Shown piece by piece: positions 60,531 through 64,000 of a stretch of 64,000 bases of DNA. The position numbers and the translations under genes are program-made. The DNA is taken from positions 108,207,391 through 108,271,390 of the forward strand of contig JARDVH010000042.1 of NCBI GenBank assembly GCA_030324005.1, read 5' to 3'. Each line of letters begins with the position of its first letter. Position 1 is the first letter of the stretch. Source of the DNA: Negaprion brevirostris. Lineage: Eukaryota. Below the pieces are notes generated by a model. It did not search any database, was not told the origin of the DNA, and saw nothing but the letters and a program-made list of their open reading frames with translations.

Positions 60531-62147
60531 ATGAAGGTGTGCCACATGGAAACACCCTATCAGAAGTGGATTTGTTTGAGACATTTTCATTACCACTTGT
60601 TGATGAAATGATGCCAGGACAAAAGTCCAGAGAGTTCTAGAATCTATCGAGTGCATTGAGCGTTGTTAAATCCAGTCCACTGCTGTTGTACAGATCTTGC
60701 TGTGATTGGAATTAACAGGATGTTCGTGACGAAGTAGGAATCTGTTATCCCATGATGCAGTGGCTTTAAAAATAATAGTAAAACAAAAACAGATCATTAG
60801 TGCAAAAGTTGCCCTGATAGTCTTTTCACTCCATCTGCTGTGCACTCAATTTCCTGTTCAAGCCCTCATGCTAGTCAGTCTCTGTTCCCTCCCTCAACTA
60901 TACAATCTTATACTTTGTTGCTCAGTTTTACTGTTAATCTACTGCTCCTCGCTTATATAATTCATTGCTCTTCCTTTCCTCAATTTTATGATCCGTCTTC
61001 AGGCTCCATCTCTCAAGCACAGTATTTGGTCTCTTTTAATTGCACTGCCACTTTTCATCCTTCTCTCTTAATTGTATTACTTAGTTTTCACCCTTGCCTC
61101 AGCTGCTGTGTTGTTGGATCTTTTATCGGCCATGATGTTATAATTTGGCCTTTTCTTGAAATTGTGCTCCAATGCCATCTACATTTATTGTCATTTTGGC
61201 CGAAAACCATTTGGGTCTGTTCATACTTAAGTCAATGCATGCCTGCTCACATTTATGCAGAGTTAATGCAGATGATAATTCTGATGTGTCTTATTTAATT
61301 TTGGCAGATGTTTTGCTTATTTTTGCTGACTTCATTTATTTCAAATGAGCGGCATGTGATTGAGTGCCCTTGGTAGCTCTCAAGGCAAGGGTCCACCATG
61401 TGCTAATAGCAGTCGAAAAGGTAGTTTCCATTTTCTCTTAACAATATGTCTGTTAAGCATCTTGATGTCTGTTACGGAGGAAGGGAGATTGTTACCAATT
61501 TTCAGCTAATGCTGATGCTGTGGGTTTAGTAATTGAACTGAGTATTGCCATAGGCATGTATACCTCTGACTACATAGCATAGTGGCAATGACTCTGGAAT
61601 AATTGAAGTAAATTCATTGGGCAGCTTTGGCATTAACAGGAATCAGTTGGGAGCGAGTTTAATTTAAACCAGTGTGCATAAGTTTGACTCATGAACACTT
61701 AGCAGACTTAGCAGAAGTTGCTGGCTGCAATTGATGTGTATCAAGCATTGATGGCATGATGCATTGATGGCTTGAGCCTGGCCATGATGAAAATTACTCA
61801 GTTTTGAAGAATATTCCCAGTATCATGAAGTATTTTGGGTACCAGTGGTAAACACGTAGGATAAAACAACAGTTCATGAGTGGAACCTAATTAAGATAGA
61901 ANNNNNNNNNNNNNNNNNNNNNNNNNNNNNNNNNNNNNNNNNNNNNNNNNNNNNNNNNNNNNNNNNNNNNNNNNNNNNNNNNNNNNNNNNNNNNNNNNNN
62001 NNNNNNNNNNNNNNNNNNNNNNNNNNNNNNNNNNNNNNNNNNNNNNNNNNNNNNNNNNNNNNNNNNNNNNNNNNNNNNNNNNNNNNNNNNNNNNNNNNNN
62101 NNNNNNNNNNNNNNNNNNNNNNNNNNNNNNNNNNNNNNNNNNNNNNN

Positions 62148-62437
62148 TAGTTTGAGGAGAAGGAGTAACCTCTTAAGACTGAGGTGAGGAGAAATATCTT
62201 CACCAAGAGAGTGGTGAATCTGTGGAATTCACTACCACAGAAAGTTGTTGAGGCCAAAACGTTGTATAATTTCAAGAAGAAATTCAATGTCGTTCTTGGG
62301 GCTAAAGGGGTCAAGGGATATGGGGGGAAGTGGGGATTAAGTTATTGAATTTAATGATCAGCCATGATCATAATGAATGACAGAGTAGGCTGGAAGGGCT
62401 AAATGGCCTACTCCTGCTTCTAGTTTCTATGTTTCTA
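62148..62437 (+). mobile_element. CR1 LINE 3' end (same family as 52000-52650)
   Basis: GACTGAGGTGAGGAGAAAT.TCTTCACC...GGCCTACTCCTGCTTCTAGTTTCTATGTTTCT. Confidence 0.9.
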
Positions 62438-63139
62438 AAACAAAATTCAGTTCACTATTCATTGTGCTTCAGTTCGAACGTTCTTCATCCAGATGCAATG
62501 GTGTCGCTACACCAACTCTTTGTTGCAACAGTAATGATCAAAAAAAAACAATGTTCTTGATATGATGTTACTGGAATGGTGTTTTAGAAGACAAGGTAAT
62601 TGCCAAAATGTTCTGAGCGTGATTCAGCAATGGATGATGTAACACCTTCCGCGCTGCAGGGATTCTGTGTTTCTATGACCCAGGTCATTGATAAGTAATG
62701 GGGTTTGGTTATGTGGGCTGGGGTCATGGTGAGAGCAGTGTCCAGTGGTTAGCAGTAATGGCAGGAGGTGACTCTCAGCAGCTCTCACCCCACGTCCCAA
62801 AGTAAGGCCCTCAATCAAGCATTAAGTGCCTTTGATTGAGGGACTCTTCTACTCGTAACTGACAAGCTGACTGCATGGATCTAGTTGCTGTGCACGTCAC
62901 TTGGAGGATAGGCTCCCTCACAGCTGGATGAAAGTAAGCAGTGGTGGCATGAGGCTTTTAAGTGGTCAGTAATTGACCACTTAAGGGTGTCAATAGGCAG
63001 CAGACCAGTAGGTTCGACCATGGACCATCCTGCCCAGAATATAAATCTGGCAGAGGATGGAAGGTAGTGGGGATGCAGTACACCATTGTTCTACCTAACT
63101 ACAAACCCTGCTCACCACCAATGAGACTGCAATAACTGA

Positions 63140-63349
63140 GGGAGGAATTTTCCAGCTGGTTCATGCCACCGGGATCTTCTGGTCCTGCTGGCAACGCACC
63201 CCTTCCCGTGGGTTTCACAGCGACCTGCAGTGACATAAATGGGAAATCCCAGTGACAGTGGCAGGACCAGAGAATCCTGCTGCCAGTAAACAGCTTGCCA
63301 CCTCCCACCACTGAGAAACACTTGGCTGGGAGGCCAGAGAATTACCCCC
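63140..63349. mobile_element. Hairpin MITE (Harbinger-like TIRs)
   Basis: TIR-like GGGAGGAATTTTCC / GAGAATTACCCCC; internal inverted pair TCTGGTCCTGC / GCAGGACCAGA. Confidence 0.6.
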
Positions 63350-64000
63350 GTGTCGCTATTTGTAAAACTAAGGATCCCATATGACTTATTAACTGTTTTC
63401 TTAAACTACTGTGTTAGCTTCAAAGGTTCTGTAATGATACTCGGTTTGCCCAAATGTGACCAGTTTTATTAGCTAGATCCCAAAATACTCTAGTGCAACT
63501 GATGCAGCGTTCGCACAATTATGAATCGGATTGATAATTTACCAACCAGCCTGTTGTCCTGGAGAATGCTTTCATTTACATGTCTATGTCAATTCTTTCA
63601 CACAAGACAATCAGATCTGATAAATGGAATAAATTTCCAAATAGAGTTGCAGGAGGAAAACCCTTGGAATCCTTTGAGAAAAATTGGATCCTGCTATGGG
63701 TAGCATTCTTGAATATTCGGTCACCAAACCGCGGCTCGTGCTTTGATGTTCTGATGGGACAGGGTGAGGGAGGTTGGCCCCACATTGACTCTGGCAGAAA
63801 GATGATCGAATCGTACAATGTTGGCCTCATTCTGAACCACTTGTGGTCTGCTGTCTGGGCTAACCCTAACCCTGACCACTTCCTCTGCTCCCTGCATCTG
63901 TATTAATGCTGCAATTAGAACGGACTGGACGGGTGTCTTTTAAATATTTTTCTTCTTCTTTGTTGAAAATGTGACTGTCTTCATTTATAATCTTCCTATT

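Noticed and set aside
54611-64000. Next PTPRD coding exon (first Ig domain)
   Set aside because: No PP.F...GVSGGVASF-like peptide seen; it is presumably beyond the window or in a gap.

Overview
Eukaryotic, repeat-rich DNA from a gappy draft assembly. It is almost certainly a shark/elasmobranch, given the many HE1-type V-SINEs, DeuSINE/SacSINE1-like SINEs, and CR1, Rex1/Babar, RTE, Penelope-like, Gypsy and Harbinger-like remnants. The only intact host coding exon I can support is at 54443-54610 (+). It encodes the signal peptide MMHKIRPLVVFLCFLLRVNAE, which matches the first coding exon of the receptor tyrosine phosphatase PTPRD. A probable upstream non-coding exon ends at 420, so most of the window is intronic. 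Main oddities: (1) a staphylococcal sarX-like gene start with a ribosome-binding site beside an assembly gap (12111-12244), probably contamination; (2) a diverged U2 snRNA-derived sequence with an insertion at the branch-point-pairing region, joined to a Rex1/Babar LINE 3' end; (3) a ~3 kb decayed, antisense, K/E-rich coding-like unit bracketed by diverged direct repeats; (4) local inverted copies of neighbouring retroelement tails; (5) hammerhead-ribozyme-like cores in Penelope-like palindromes. All family assignments come from recognised motifs without database searches, and repeat boundaries are approximate.
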